Source: Takakia lepidozioides (taxonomy: Eukaryota > Plantae > Bryophyta). From it: DNA of 64,000 nucleotides. This document shows positions 1 to 11,687 of the stretch, piece after piece. Positions within the stretch are counted from its first letter, which is position 1. Each line of letters opens with the position of its first letter. The DNA is taken from the NCBI GenBank assembly GCA_030704615.1, contig CM060733.1, forward strand, positions 47,554,001-47,618,000. Direction: 5' to 3'. The position numbers and the translations under genes were made by a program. The notes below the pieces were generated by a model, which did not search any database, was not told the origin of the DNA, and saw only the letters and a program-made list of their open reading frames with translations.

Positions 1-120
1 GGCTCTGGAGAGCAAATACCCGCCTTACGGTGAGGGAGGCCTTGCTCTCATTTTGCTCTTCACTCTTCTCTGTTGTGCCCATCTCCTCCCTGCTTTGAGT
101 TCGTGCTGTGTCGTGAGGCC

Positions 121-672
121 ATGTCGTGCCCAAATCACATCTATCGACGCCAGACGGGAGTCATTTTCCCGAAAGCAGACGACATAATAGTCTTCCTGGA
201 TGTTTACAGGGACGATCCTCGACTTGTCCAGCTGAGAGCAATGGAGTTTCTTCCAGGATTGCACGATTCTCCTGGACCCCGGCTGGGGAGCAGGTGGTTC
301 CTACGCATCATGGACCTGGACTTTCTGCATGAGTGGGAGCCGAACAGATCACGCACAGCGTTGCTGTATCGCTGGAATTGTTGCGAGTGGACATATGATG
401 AGTGCATAGGTGAAAACTTTACGCGTGGACGGACTGGCTCGGAAAGTGGGGACACTCTCTTCAATTATGAGGATGAGGAGGAGGGGAACACATGGCCCAC
501 TGTGAAAATGTCCTTCTACCAAGGGGGCGCTATCGATAAACACGACATCCTCGTTAGTTTCAACCGGGCGACAGAAACCACTGACATTTTGTTCAAATAT
601 AGGCACCCGGTCACTCAGGAGGTCCTTGAGAGGCCAGTTAGAGTTCCTTCTTCTTGGGCGAGGGGACCATAG
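121..672 (+). CDS. Intact intronless orphan ORF (~183 aa from ATG 121), probable transposon cargo
   Basis: Uninterrupted ORF with globular-looking composition (W/Y/F/D-rich) and no recognised domain. Lies ~1.5 kb inside the transposon-like terminus at 2230. Confidence 0.45.
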   Translation: MSCPNHIYRRQTGVIFPKADDIIVFLDVYRDDPRLVQLRAMEFLPGLHDSPGPRLGSRWFLRIMDLDFLHEWEPNRSRTALLYRWNCCEWTYDECIGENFTRGRTGSESGDTLFNYEDEEEGNTWPTVKMSFYQGGAIDKHDILVSFNRATETTDILFKYRHPVTQEVLERPVRVPSSWARGP

Positions 673-1980
673 GTCTTGCATGCTAGAGTAGACATGTTTC
701 GACTCGCCGACACTCATGGCACATACATTTTCATTCAGAAATCAAGCAGCTTCCCTGTGCCATATGGGGAATATACATGCTTGGATAATCTTCTGTTAAG
801 GTTTTTTGCAATTCACTGCCAATATGCTGGGACGTGTCATTTGTCGTATGGATTGCTGTTTGCACAAGGTGCAGTATGCAAATGCTGGAATATGCAGTAG
901 GACCCTTCTCACTGGGACACAGAACTAGCAATCTTGTAAAGGCATCACATTTGCAGAACAGTAACAATGTATTTGTAGCAAATTGGAGTCTTCTCATAAA
1001 GGTGGACGAAAACGCCAGGATGGGCTGCGAAATCACTACAATTTGAATGAAGAGCAGTAACAAGGAAGCACTATGCAGTACACAGACCATAAACGACGCT
1101 GAAATAGGCCTCAATGCCCGTTAATCTCCACACAATGTATGCTTTACTCGGATCCATTTGTAGACAACCAAAATAAAAAAAGCATGCGCATGCCATTCAT
1201 GGCCAAAAACCACATTCTCATGTATTGCGACACCGAAATTCACCTGTAGCCATGGCGATGCGGCACCACCAAGTGTATAATTCCTCACAAAAAAATAGGG
1301 TGCAAGAAGATGAATGTAATATAATTGCCACTTTCTTGAAAGTAAACGAGATTCGGAGTGTGGAAGCAACGATCCAGGAGCGACGCAGCAAATCGACAGG
1401 GAAAACAGAATGGACTACAGGCGCGTGCAACAGTGCTGCAAGAAGAAAGACAATATGTACAGTGAAACCCTAAAGCAAAAACGACGAAGGATTTGAACCT
1501 CCCCGCCACCCCGGGGATGCCATACAAATTACCAGAGAATCTGAAGCGAAGACCAATAACAGCAACGACAGCAGGAAAGGATAACAATAAAATCTCTGAA
1601 TGCGTACACTCGGGAGGCTGCTTCGTTTAACCCCGGCAAAGGTGTGCAGCAGAAACATGGGGGACAGGAGAGCAAGTACTTACAGATGACACCAACCTAT
1701 GAAATCCTTTGCATGGAAAGAACGTCCCACTTGTTTTTGCAGATTCTCCTCCACAGACTGAGGGCGGGGTCGATATGAAGAATACAGAAGCGTTCAAGTG
1801 ACAGGAATAGTGCCTGAAAACGAGTGGATGTCAATAGTGAAGAGTGAAGCAAAACGTCTCGCATGCGAAGCGTCCCCGTCCGCATGAGTGCACGCACCTG
1901 TCAACCCCATGGGAAAGTCCCAGGGACAACTGAATGTCTATGCTATGATTGCGCTCTAGGACGGTGCGTCTATGACGAGG

Positions 1981-2230
1981 CATTCATGGGGCATGCATGA
2001 TGCATGTGTACAATACTATAATACGGTTCAATATAGTAATGATAGTGCTGAGATTGTATGACAGTGTTATGGCGAGGGATGGACCCGGTGCGGGGGGGGG
2101 GGTGGAGGGGTTGGGGGGCGGCAGGCGCGGCAACCGCGAGGGGGGTGCGGGGCGGAGGGCGGGGGTGGGGCCACGCAGGCAGGCCCGCTGAGGGAGCATT
2201 GAACTCCCGGGCCTCATTTATCACTTGCCC
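1981..2230. mobile_element. Terminus of a Mutator-like element (second copy; body extends toward or beyond position 1)
   Basis: ~250 bp closely similar to 48165-48429 in the same orientation, including a G-tract. Both end GCATTGAACTCCCGRGCCTCATTTATCACTTGCCC and similarity stops immediately after. Confidence 0.75.
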
Positions 2231-3268
2231 TAAACATGCGTACCTCATTCATGAGTATGAGCATATCTGTGCAAGTAGATTTCAGGCTAAGGCGATGAAT
2301 TAATTTTCAGCATGTCGTGAGCTTTTGTGATGGGCAGATTGCTGAAAGCTGTGCCAGTAGTGGTGGGGCTCCCTTTGATTTCCTCATGTCCTAAGTATGG
2401 TTTCTGGATTGAGCTATCAAGCTGCAGGTCCAACAGACTGATTGACCTGCCCTCAGCTTTCAGCATTCTAGTTCATTTTTACAGAGAGATACAAATTCGT
2501 AGAATAGAGAGAGAGAGATAATCTGCTGATAAGAACGTTGTTGGGCAAATAATGTCTGGACCTTCTGGTTGGTGTTTCTCATGCACATGATTCAAATTAG
2601 AAGGTTACAAGCAGTGAAGTGATCTCACATGTGGTGAATTTTCATGTGAGTTTTTGTGCTTGTGCATGTTCACAACATTTGAGTGGAAAGCAGAAGTTGG
2701 TTCAGGTCTGTTGCAATGGGCCATTATGGTGGTTTGTGACCACACAAAGAGGTGTTGAGCTTACCTATTAGCTGCTGTGGGATGGCTGTATGTAGGAGTG
2801 GCAGGGATGAATGTGATGCCTGTAACTCTCTCAGGCTGGCGTCAGTTTGAGGCCCTGGTTGCTGAGGCTTGATTGTAGCACCTAAGTTAGAACAAGCTCA
2901 GAACTTTTAGTTCCAACCTTCTATCTTGTCTGGGGTTGCAAACTCACCTGGCTTTGTACACATGAAGAGAAACTGTGCTGCACAAAGGAATGTGGTAAGC
3001 CAATCTGTCAGATTGTATCACAACTTTTCACTAGAAAGATGAAAGTCAGAGTCATGTCCAGACTCCAGATGTACTTTACTAAACACTCACTACATTTACA
3101 GGACTGCAGGTATTTCTTACGTTGTAACTCTCACCAGTACAGCCAAACAGCATATCTGCAGAATGTCCCAAGCTACAAAATTGGTGAGCTTACAGAGGAC
3201 AGTTCATGTGAGTTACCAGCATACAGAGTAAAAAATCATCCATACAAGAATCTATGCAACAGAAGCAT

Positions 3269-6200
3269 TCACAGTAATATCTCCATTACCTTAAGCCCCC
3301 TGTTTGCTTTCTTTCTGCACAAGGTGGACACAGCAAGCTGCCTGGCTTGCTCCTGGGGACTGAGATCCTTTCCCCTATATCTATGGGTTTCACTTCGTGT
3401 GGTCCGCCTGCTAAAATGTTTAAGCAGGATATTAGGGCAGGAATTACGTAATCTGTGTTGACTGCTATGCTCCAACTCATTGTCTGAAGACAGCTCTTGA
3501 ACGTCTTGGGTACTAAGAGAGGACCTAAACAAATCTAATTTCTCAACTGCCCCGCCAGTTGAGGGTGAACTTTGCGACTTGTCAGCAGGCCCCATGTGGC
3601 AGTCTTCAGCAGATGAAAGTGCAAAGCTGGGTAAAAGACACCCTCCTAGTTTCGTTGGACTGGTAGCTTGGTCCAATACTAGTCCCTCATTTCTTGAAGG
3701 CAACAGAAAATCAGAAGCGATGGAGTGGGAGTCAGCTGAGATGCAAATATTAGGCCTGCCGGTTGACAGTGGACTTCGCAGAAAATCAGAAGCAATGGAG
3801 TGGGAGTCAGGTGAGATGCAAATATTAGGCCTGCCAGTTGACAGTGGACTTCGCAACTCGTCAGCAGTCCCGATTGAGCTAAACTCACAATGTAGTTTAA
3901 GAATAAGGCTTCGGATAAAGAGACGCTTTCTCGAGGCATCTGATGGTTTGAACCAATTCCGTGTAAGCTGCAATAGCACCACAATGCCAGAGTGTCACTC
4001 ATTCCCATATAAGCATACAAAATTAATATTCACAGCTGAATAAAACAGGAGAGGGATGACCTCGTCTTCGACAGAAACACTCTACGAATAGAGCTATACC
4101 AGTAGAAGAAATCAGAATGTGACCAAGCCATTCGTTTTCCATTTATGTGCCCAGCTGCCAGGAAATGAGAGGTGAAATAAGCACCTCGGATTTGGACAGA
4201 CATTCAATAACCAGCTGACAAAATCAGGAATCTAATAGTCACCAACTCACAAAGTATGGGAAGCCTTCACTTCGTGCCAAGCTGAATTCTTTTGGCGCTG
4301 CCTTCAGAAAGAGCTCCACATAGTGCAACAGGAAAAGACCACAGTCACAGTGGTTGTCTTGCTGAGGAACCTACCAACCAGGATGGACAAATGCTCTACC
4401 TTAGACCCTGTATTTGGATTCACGGTTAACCAGCTAATAACACAGCTTACAATCATAAGCATTTATCTCAATGTAGACATAAAAGAGAATAAAAGTGTCC
4501 ATTGCATAGTACAGCATCCATACCTTTGCATGCACAAACTGTAGTTGAGGAAACAACTCTCGTGCACTGTCAGCACTTGCTTGGTGGCTTTCAGTTCGCT
4601 CGATCCATTCCTCTAAAAGATAGCTGCAATGGTGACATCCACAAGGGTAACACTAATTAGGCCAGGATATCCAGCAACTAAACCTTTTATCTCACCTCTT
4701 ATCCATCCATTTGATTCAGAGTTTCAGTTCCATGTAACTAAATCAAATCAAGATGCTCAGAAACTCATTTGATTAGTAGTGTCTACAGAAGATGAGTTGA
4801 AGAGAATCCAGAAAAAGACTGACAGGATACCTGCTGACTGGAGGATAGTGAACTGAGTAGATTAACAACCATCAGACAGATGCTTAACAATAACTCACTT
4901 TCGGATGTGTCGTTCAATATCCGAATGGCTGCCTTCAAGAGAGTCGAGATGCAGTATACAGGGAGTCCCCAAGCATGGACTGCCCATCTCTGTGGATGAA
5001 AGAGGAGAGATAGTAAGCTGAGCTGGCTAGCAAACTGAGCCTTCAAACTTCCAAACACTGATGGCTTTTCATGAGTTCCATGAGAAACTCATGAAAGGCT
5101 TCAAGCAAGAGGCTTATAATCATTTGAGTCCTGAATACAGTGAGGAACCACACACAAGAACATCAATACCTGTGAACATGTCATTAACAGCTGAGCTTCT
5201 CATGTTTCCAGGATGACATATGATAATAAGGCTCCAGTGAAAACTGCCACATACAGGGTATATAAGACCAACTGAGATTGCAAGTAATTGTCTAATCATT
5301 GCATCAGACATCTAGCAGTTGCAGCGGTCTTATTGACCTGAATAAGGTGCAAAACCGACCCTAGTGATCATTCTTTGTGGATTATGTTAGTTTTAAGATG
5401 GTGCATAGGTAAAGAGCAGATGCACCTCTGATTGATGGGAATGAAAATGTAGTTTTTGTTGAATAAGTTGACTTTTCGTGTCCACTTCTTCACACATTCA
5501 AAGGTGGTTTTGCCATGCCCCAAACTCCTGTCAGAGTCAGCCAGCTTTCTGAAGAAGAAGCTGTTGAAAAAGTAGAAGTCCTCTTGGTTCTTTGCTGCAA
5601 GCTTACTTTGCAGATACCTGCATACCAAAATGAACTATGCTTCAGATTCCTTAGTATTGAGTAGCAGTGATGAACCCCAATGGCACTGCACAAAACCTAA
5701 TGCAAAATCAAAGCAGAAGATTCTCTCTGAACTGGAAACTGGAAATTTGCCTGTACTTGTTAGGTACAAGTTATCAATGCCTTTGCCACTTCTAAAGCAA
5801 ATGACAAGACCTCAAGAAAAGCAGCTCAAAAAACTTGGAGCGTTCACTCACTTTATGTAGAAGTCAATGATAGTGTCATTAAGGAACTCCATCGGTCTGA
5901 GCATCTGAAGGTCCTTCTTTGTGATCGTGACCGCATCTGGGTCCTCTTGAGGGAAAACAAGTGCCTCAAAAATCTCGAGTGCTTCAGTGGTTCTGTGCCA
6001 AATCCAACGCAGAAGCAGAAGAGCCCTTTGTCACGTTAGTGTTGTTTTCCTTCACGATAACTTAAAGGATGACTAGAGAATCCAGGAACTAAGGCCCCAT
6101 ATTGACCGAGAAATGGCAGTGGACCGTCCCAGTCTGGAAAGTAGACCTACACATCAAACACAAGAATGATGGAACCAACTGTGATCCACCACATCGCTCA

Positions 6201-8783
6201 GATGCACAACCAGGCTGGTACCTCCTAGAGGTAGAGCAATTTTCCAGTAGAACACCTTTATCTGCCAATCTAGGAGAAATCTTCAAAAATCACCTAAAAT
6301 GAAGCTGTACTAAGATACCCTTGCATTAGGAACAACACAAGAGAAATTAGGTACACATAAGGGAAGAAGTAGCAGCATTGCCAGGAAGAACATGACCCTT
6401 TACTTCTAGCCTCTCAGATTTCTCAGGTCTTCAAACGTATTCTGAAAATGGCTTCGAAAAACATGGCTGCATGAGCAATCAGTCTATTACCTCCCACAGT
6501 CGGCCACCTCGGGTGAAGGTGGTCTTGAGAGCCACTCCTTGCATTTCATTGCTTCCTCCCTTTGTTACATGGAGAAGTCTGAGAGTTAGTACATACTGAT
6601 TGTTGGTTGTTTATGTCTGCCTGCAATCTGGACTAGAATTTACAGAAATGACTACACAGTTAACTGATAAGCATCATATGAGGTCCCAACATGGCATTTG
6701 GCCTCCGGTGATGGGCAGCCATGGTGGCCAAAGACATTCAGGAGAATGTGATAGGTCAGAGGTAGCTTCAGCTCATCTAATGCTTCTTCACAACAAGTTT
6801 CAATTGTGTATAAACCTGTTCATGCTTCATGGGAAATAGTACGGGGAGGATACAAGTACACCAAGGTGCCCTCGGTGTCACACCCAAAGTTCAATGCATG
6901 CAGAGTTCTATGTTGGACTTGTCCATCATACACATGTACTCAACAACAGATAGTGAGTGACACAACAAACCTGGTAAGGCGTTTCCATATTCTCTTGTAA
7001 TTTTCAGAAAGTGCAAAAACTTTCGGCTGCTGTTCAGTCCACTCCCTGTTGTCAACCTCCAGGATATATGAGTCTGTCAAGGGACAGAACAAAGACAGAT
7101 CTTTGAATCAGCATGTGTAGCATTCTCCAGTTAGACTATACATGCAGTACTAGAAAGAGACAAACTGTGTTGTAGATGCCATGGAAGAATCATTAAAAAC
7201 AAGGACTGTCCTTTAAAAATGGGCCCACCATCTACATACTTGTCATCCTAAAGGAAGCATGTGGCTCTGTGACTACACTATGTTACTTCCAAGTGAAGGT
7301 CCAGCAAAGAGGAGAAATGCTGGGAACTCACCATGCTCACTTGAGCCAGCTATGCCAGAGCATTGCCCAAGTGGAATGGCCGTTTCCCTAGAAATTTCCA
7401 GCATGATAAGTCCATTTTCCTGCAACACATGTCAATTCTCCTAATAAAATAGGAGAATGAATATGGAACCACAAGGAAAGGTACAATAGCAGCTTTACAT
7501 CACTATACACTTAAGCTTCAGTGAAACCAACCCCAACCCGTCTACAGCAGATTCTCAGGTCAACAGCTTGCTGGTCAAATTGAAAACCACAAGCACCTGC
7601 ATGCTCATAGTCTTCTCGCCCACTCAAGATGGTACTGTTTCCTTTTTGCACTTACATTATCATGGCCGTATTTTTCATAGAAAGACTTGAATGAAGAAAC
7701 TTCCTCAAGGGGCCACTGAATGAGAAGGCCATTTGCAGAGCCCTTTCCTGTTTTCACCTCAATGCACTTCGCAGAGAATGTCAGACATGGTGATTGAACA
7801 TACTGATCTCCAAGCTTTGCGCGGGAAGCAGTGATGACAATTGGAGTGTGCTTGCCAATGGAATTAACCATGTAACTCTGCTGATTAGACCCGTACATAC
7901 CGTGTATAAGAAGCATGACATCAAGTAGCCAACAGAAGTAGAGTAAGAGAAGGAGAAGATCAAAGGATCAACAGCATCACACAATCCGAAAATGAAGTAC
8001 TTGAAACTCTGCATCTGGCGCTATCTCAACATGAAAAGCAGATAACACACATCAGTTTTGCAATTTAGAATTGAAAAGCTTGGGAATCACTATGTCAATT
8101 GCCAGATGTTAACTTTTGACATGCTTGCACGAGTAGAGTTTACTTCTTGTCTGGGCCTTTCACACAATAATTTCCTCGGCAACGCAACCCGAAATTCCTA
8201 AGAGCAAATCAGCTTCCTAATGGTAGCTACCTTCTGCAGGTTTGGCGGCTGGCGTTGTCGCATATTCAGCTGCATCAATTGTTAAGAAAGCAATTCACAA
8301 CTGCAAATTTCCAGAGAGCTGGAGCATTGTATGAAATGTAAATCACAGGAATATGTTGAAAGAAGGCTCAGCTTTCTGATTACCCGATCCTCCTTCTGTG
8401 GTTTGCGCAGAAAAGGCCTCTCACGTTTCCGACTGGAGCATGCGAGTGCAGATGACAATTCTTCCTTTGATCTTCGGACTGAAATGTGTCAAGTTAGACA
8501 GACTTTTTGTAAGTGACAGAGCCTTGCTATAGTTTCAAGTGTCAATTTCTAAAGCATGCATCGGGTGATATTAAAGCATGAGTGCACAAACAATATGTAA
8601 ATAGAGATCCCTCAAGGCAAAGGTAGACTCACAGTAGGGCCTAAAAATGCTCCTGGAATTGGATGAATGGAGGGGCACGACCTCTTCCTCCTCTTCGCTG
8701 AAATCAAACACAGACGTGTCCATCTTGTCGGAGTAATCAGGCCCTTGCCTCTTCTCCTGCCCCCACGATTTGCTGAAAACCAT
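3269..8783 (-). CDS. SUMO protease, peptidase C48, ULP2/SPF-like (multi-exon)
   Basis: Exons read on the minus strand: VFDFSEEEE (N-term); VFPQEDPDAVTITKKDLQMLRPMEFLNDTIIDFYIK (~5995-5850); YFFNSFFFRKL..KKWTRKVNLFNKNYIFIPIN (~5618-5428); HWSLIIICHPG (~5245-5210); PCILHLDSLEGSH (~4980-4899); YLLEEW (~4625); PQQDNHCDCGLFLLHYVELFL (~4370-4250); last exon NWFKPSDAS-KR (3970-3269). Catalytic H/D/C intact; GT-AG introns. Confidence 0.9.
3704..3855. repeat. 75-bp in-frame tandem duplication in the last exon of the SUMO protease
   Basis: Two near-identical copies encoding LRSPLSTGRPNICIS(P/A)DSHSIASDF. Confidence 0.9.
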
Positions 8784-9185
8784 GGCTCTGAGTAACGGAA
8801 ACCCTGGCAGTGTTTCAGGTCGTACGTTCCAGTTCAAGGTCACAAAAACCTGTCAATTATCGACGATAACATATCATTTACCGGTACCAGTCTTCTAGAT
8901 GTCCCCTGGCCCTTCAACACAAGCTGAGAAACGGCCTACAAAGTGTGCGACTCCACCCCGATTGAACTACATCACCTTCACATCCCGAAACACCAATGTC
9001 GCACAAAAAGCACCGCATGCACAAGAGGAATTGAGTGAACAGCGAAAGCTAAGCAGGCAAGATCCAAAGCAGTGAGCTTCATGCATACACCATCAGCTAC
9101 CTCCCAAGGCAGCTCTACGCTTCGTTCGATTGCCACGGGCGGGAAGGCTTTTTTAATTTTGTAATTTAGTTTTATTATTATTACT

Positions 9186-10491
9186 TTAACCCCTAAAGGA
9201 TCGGCGCCGCGACCCGAAACGGGTCGCGTCGGAAATTTCGAATGGATGACAGATTCGCAGATGAAGTCGGATGAAATCGAGCCCTGAATGAAAAACGTAG
9301 CCCATTAAGGTCTGCGCCCCACTTGGTGCTGGCACCCTAAGAAAACCTAAAGGACCGCTGTCAGGAATTTTTGGAGTGTCCAAGGGTACCCAAAATCCAA
9401 TGGTTTGGGTTTAGGGCTGCACAACCACTGCATTGGGGTTTGAGTACAGGGGCCTTATGGGCGCCGCAATTTGGTGAGCCTGTGTGTCAATTCTGCCTGC
9501 GACTTGCAACCTGCTTTACTCTAGTGCCTTGCATTCATTGGGTTTGTGGTTTGTGGGGTGCTAGAGAATCTATGGGGCCTAAACGCAAAGCGCCAGACAT
9601 GCTTGAGCCCCCACCTCCTCCATCTGAGCATGTAGCTGCGGCAGAGGTTACACGGGCATGGGCGGAGGTTGGGTAGCGCGTGCGCACACGTCGGCGTGCA
9701 CATGCTCGCGTGAGTAGAAGAAAAAATGCCCGAACATTCACGAATATTCCCAAAAAGATGCTACTCCGAAACTAAAATTGGAAATTTGTGCCCAGGGGGA
9801 CCAAATTGTGCGCACATGAGCACAAGCCAAATGGGTTAGTCACCTATTTCTTGGGTTAGTCATCCTATCACCCTAATTCGTTAGGTTTAGGGTTAGATTA
9901 GGTTAAACCAAACACAATACATATTGTTTTGCCCACAAAACTATAGGATAATGACCTATGCAACAATACTTGGAAATTTCGCCAACTAAATCCACTATTT
10001 CGCTAGGAAATGCACTATTTCATTGGCAAAACCCACTATTTCGTTGGAGAAACCCACAATATCTCTGGTGAACCCATTATTTCACTGACAAAACCTGATA
10101 TCTTGATTTATTTTGTTAGCGAAATCCGTTGTTTGTCTTATTACATTAAATTGTTCAACTATTGTTTGGTATGTGTGTTTTGGATGGTGTTGGTTATTGT
10201 GACTTTGTTTTTATCTAACGTGTTATTCTTTTGTAGAATACCAAAGCTGTAGATATATGGAACTTGGAGCTTGTAGATGTACATTATGGGTGTTTATTTC
10301 ACATTAGGGTTTTGGGGTTTTATTCCGTTTTGAAAACATACAGCTCCTATGACCGCGGTTTAAAAACATAAATCCCCCATGACCGTGGGTTTGTGCTCCC
10401 GCCATTTGTGCTCACCTTCTACCAACCCCCGCTTGGGCGCAGGGGGAGCAGCATTGCACTCCCGAGCAATGCAAGGTAATCCTCGCTTGCC
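9186..10491. mobile_element. Non-autonomous or composite DNA transposon remnant upstream of the SUMO protease gene
   Basis: Starts TTAA-CCCCTAA with a GC hairpin (CGCGACCCG-AAA-CGGGTCGCG). Has internal CCACTATTT repeats. Ends GCATTGCACTCCCGAGC...CTTGCC, resembling the termini at 2230 and 48429. Confidence 0.45.
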
Positions 10492-11687
10492 TTTGTCTTG
10501 ATTTTCTATGTGCTTTGCATCCACCGCCGTTGGCCAAACGGTGGCCTCGCCACCTTCGTCCTCATAATTTTTTATTTATGTGGCGTATGTGGCATCCTAT
10601 CTGGATAGGCACTTGGCTGCAATCTGGTGAGCCAATCAGGGCATGACAAGCTATTGTGATAAGATCATGGGCCTTGGATTATATAAAGGATCATCTGCAA
10701 ACCTAGGGTGGTTGGTGTACTTTCAGTGTGTTAATCTCTGGTGTACGGGTGTGCATGTTTTGGATGAACACTGGGTGGTTGGATGAACTAAGAATTTGCG
10801 TGCAAGGCCCAGTGTCCTCTCTGAGAGATCCTCAGTGCCTCGCTCGCGCGCTATCCCGAGCTGACATCCCTAATCTAGCATGAACCCGTAGAGGAGTAGA
10901 ATAAGCCGGGTGTGAGAGAATCTGGTTTTACAGTTGTTCTGGCGAATTTTTTGATTTTCACTCCCATAATTCCTTTATAATAGTAGTCGCCCCATTTTCC
11001 AGGTCGAAATCTGGCGATTTTTCGCCAGATTTCAAAACTGAACTTCTTTGTAACTTCTTTTGACAAAATTGAGTATTAGTTCCAATTAATTGATTGCCAT
11101 GATTACATGGCAATTCATAATTAGTTTGGGCGGCTAGAGGCCAGAGTCTAGGTGCCTGAAACCTATAAATTCCAATTAGTATCAACCTATAAATCATTAC
11201 CCAATTATTACATTTTTGCCATTGCAACAAACGTCCAGTTTGGTAACTTTAAAGCCAGTGCATTTTCAGTAAGTCACCACCAAAATTATATACACTCTCA
11301 AGTCATCAATAACTCTACAGAGATGGCTACATTTCAGGTAAGGACTAAGGACCAACAGGGCCTTGCTCTCCATTGCAACCTCTTCAACAACACCTTCCAC
11401 TCTGTGCCTTCACGGTACTGTCCTACACAGAGAAAGAGCTCTACATATTTACAGCTAGCAATTCCAGAAAAACTTGGAATAATGTTTCGATGACTGAAAG
11501 CCGTTGGCCACATCAGCACCTGCCTCCTTGTGCACAAAAACAAAGAAAATACCTCCACGTTGGGTTCTTCAAGTTCAAACCCATCCTACTAAATCAAAGA
11601 TGCACCTCCCCTCCATCCACCCTCCCACACTCCGCTGTCCAACCTGGCCACACAGATTCAGATGTTCTTCCTCAAAGAACTGACTGA

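Noticed and set aside
1970-2303. Pro/Gly-rich ORFs here and at 48085-48568
   Set aside because: Artefacts of G/C tracts in the terminal repeat.
3579-4043. 154-aa plus-strand ORF (and similar antisense ORFs over 15337-15712, 55489-56109)
   Set aside because: Shadow frames of real genes on the opposite strand.
9200-9300. Hammerhead ribozyme around the GAAA hairpin
   Set aside because: No CTGANGA core in the required arrangement on either strand.
10494-10866. Solo LTR (TGTC...GACA with a central TATATAAA)
   Set aside because: Flanking 5-mers (GCCTT / TCCCT) do not match and there is no second copy; possible but unsupported.
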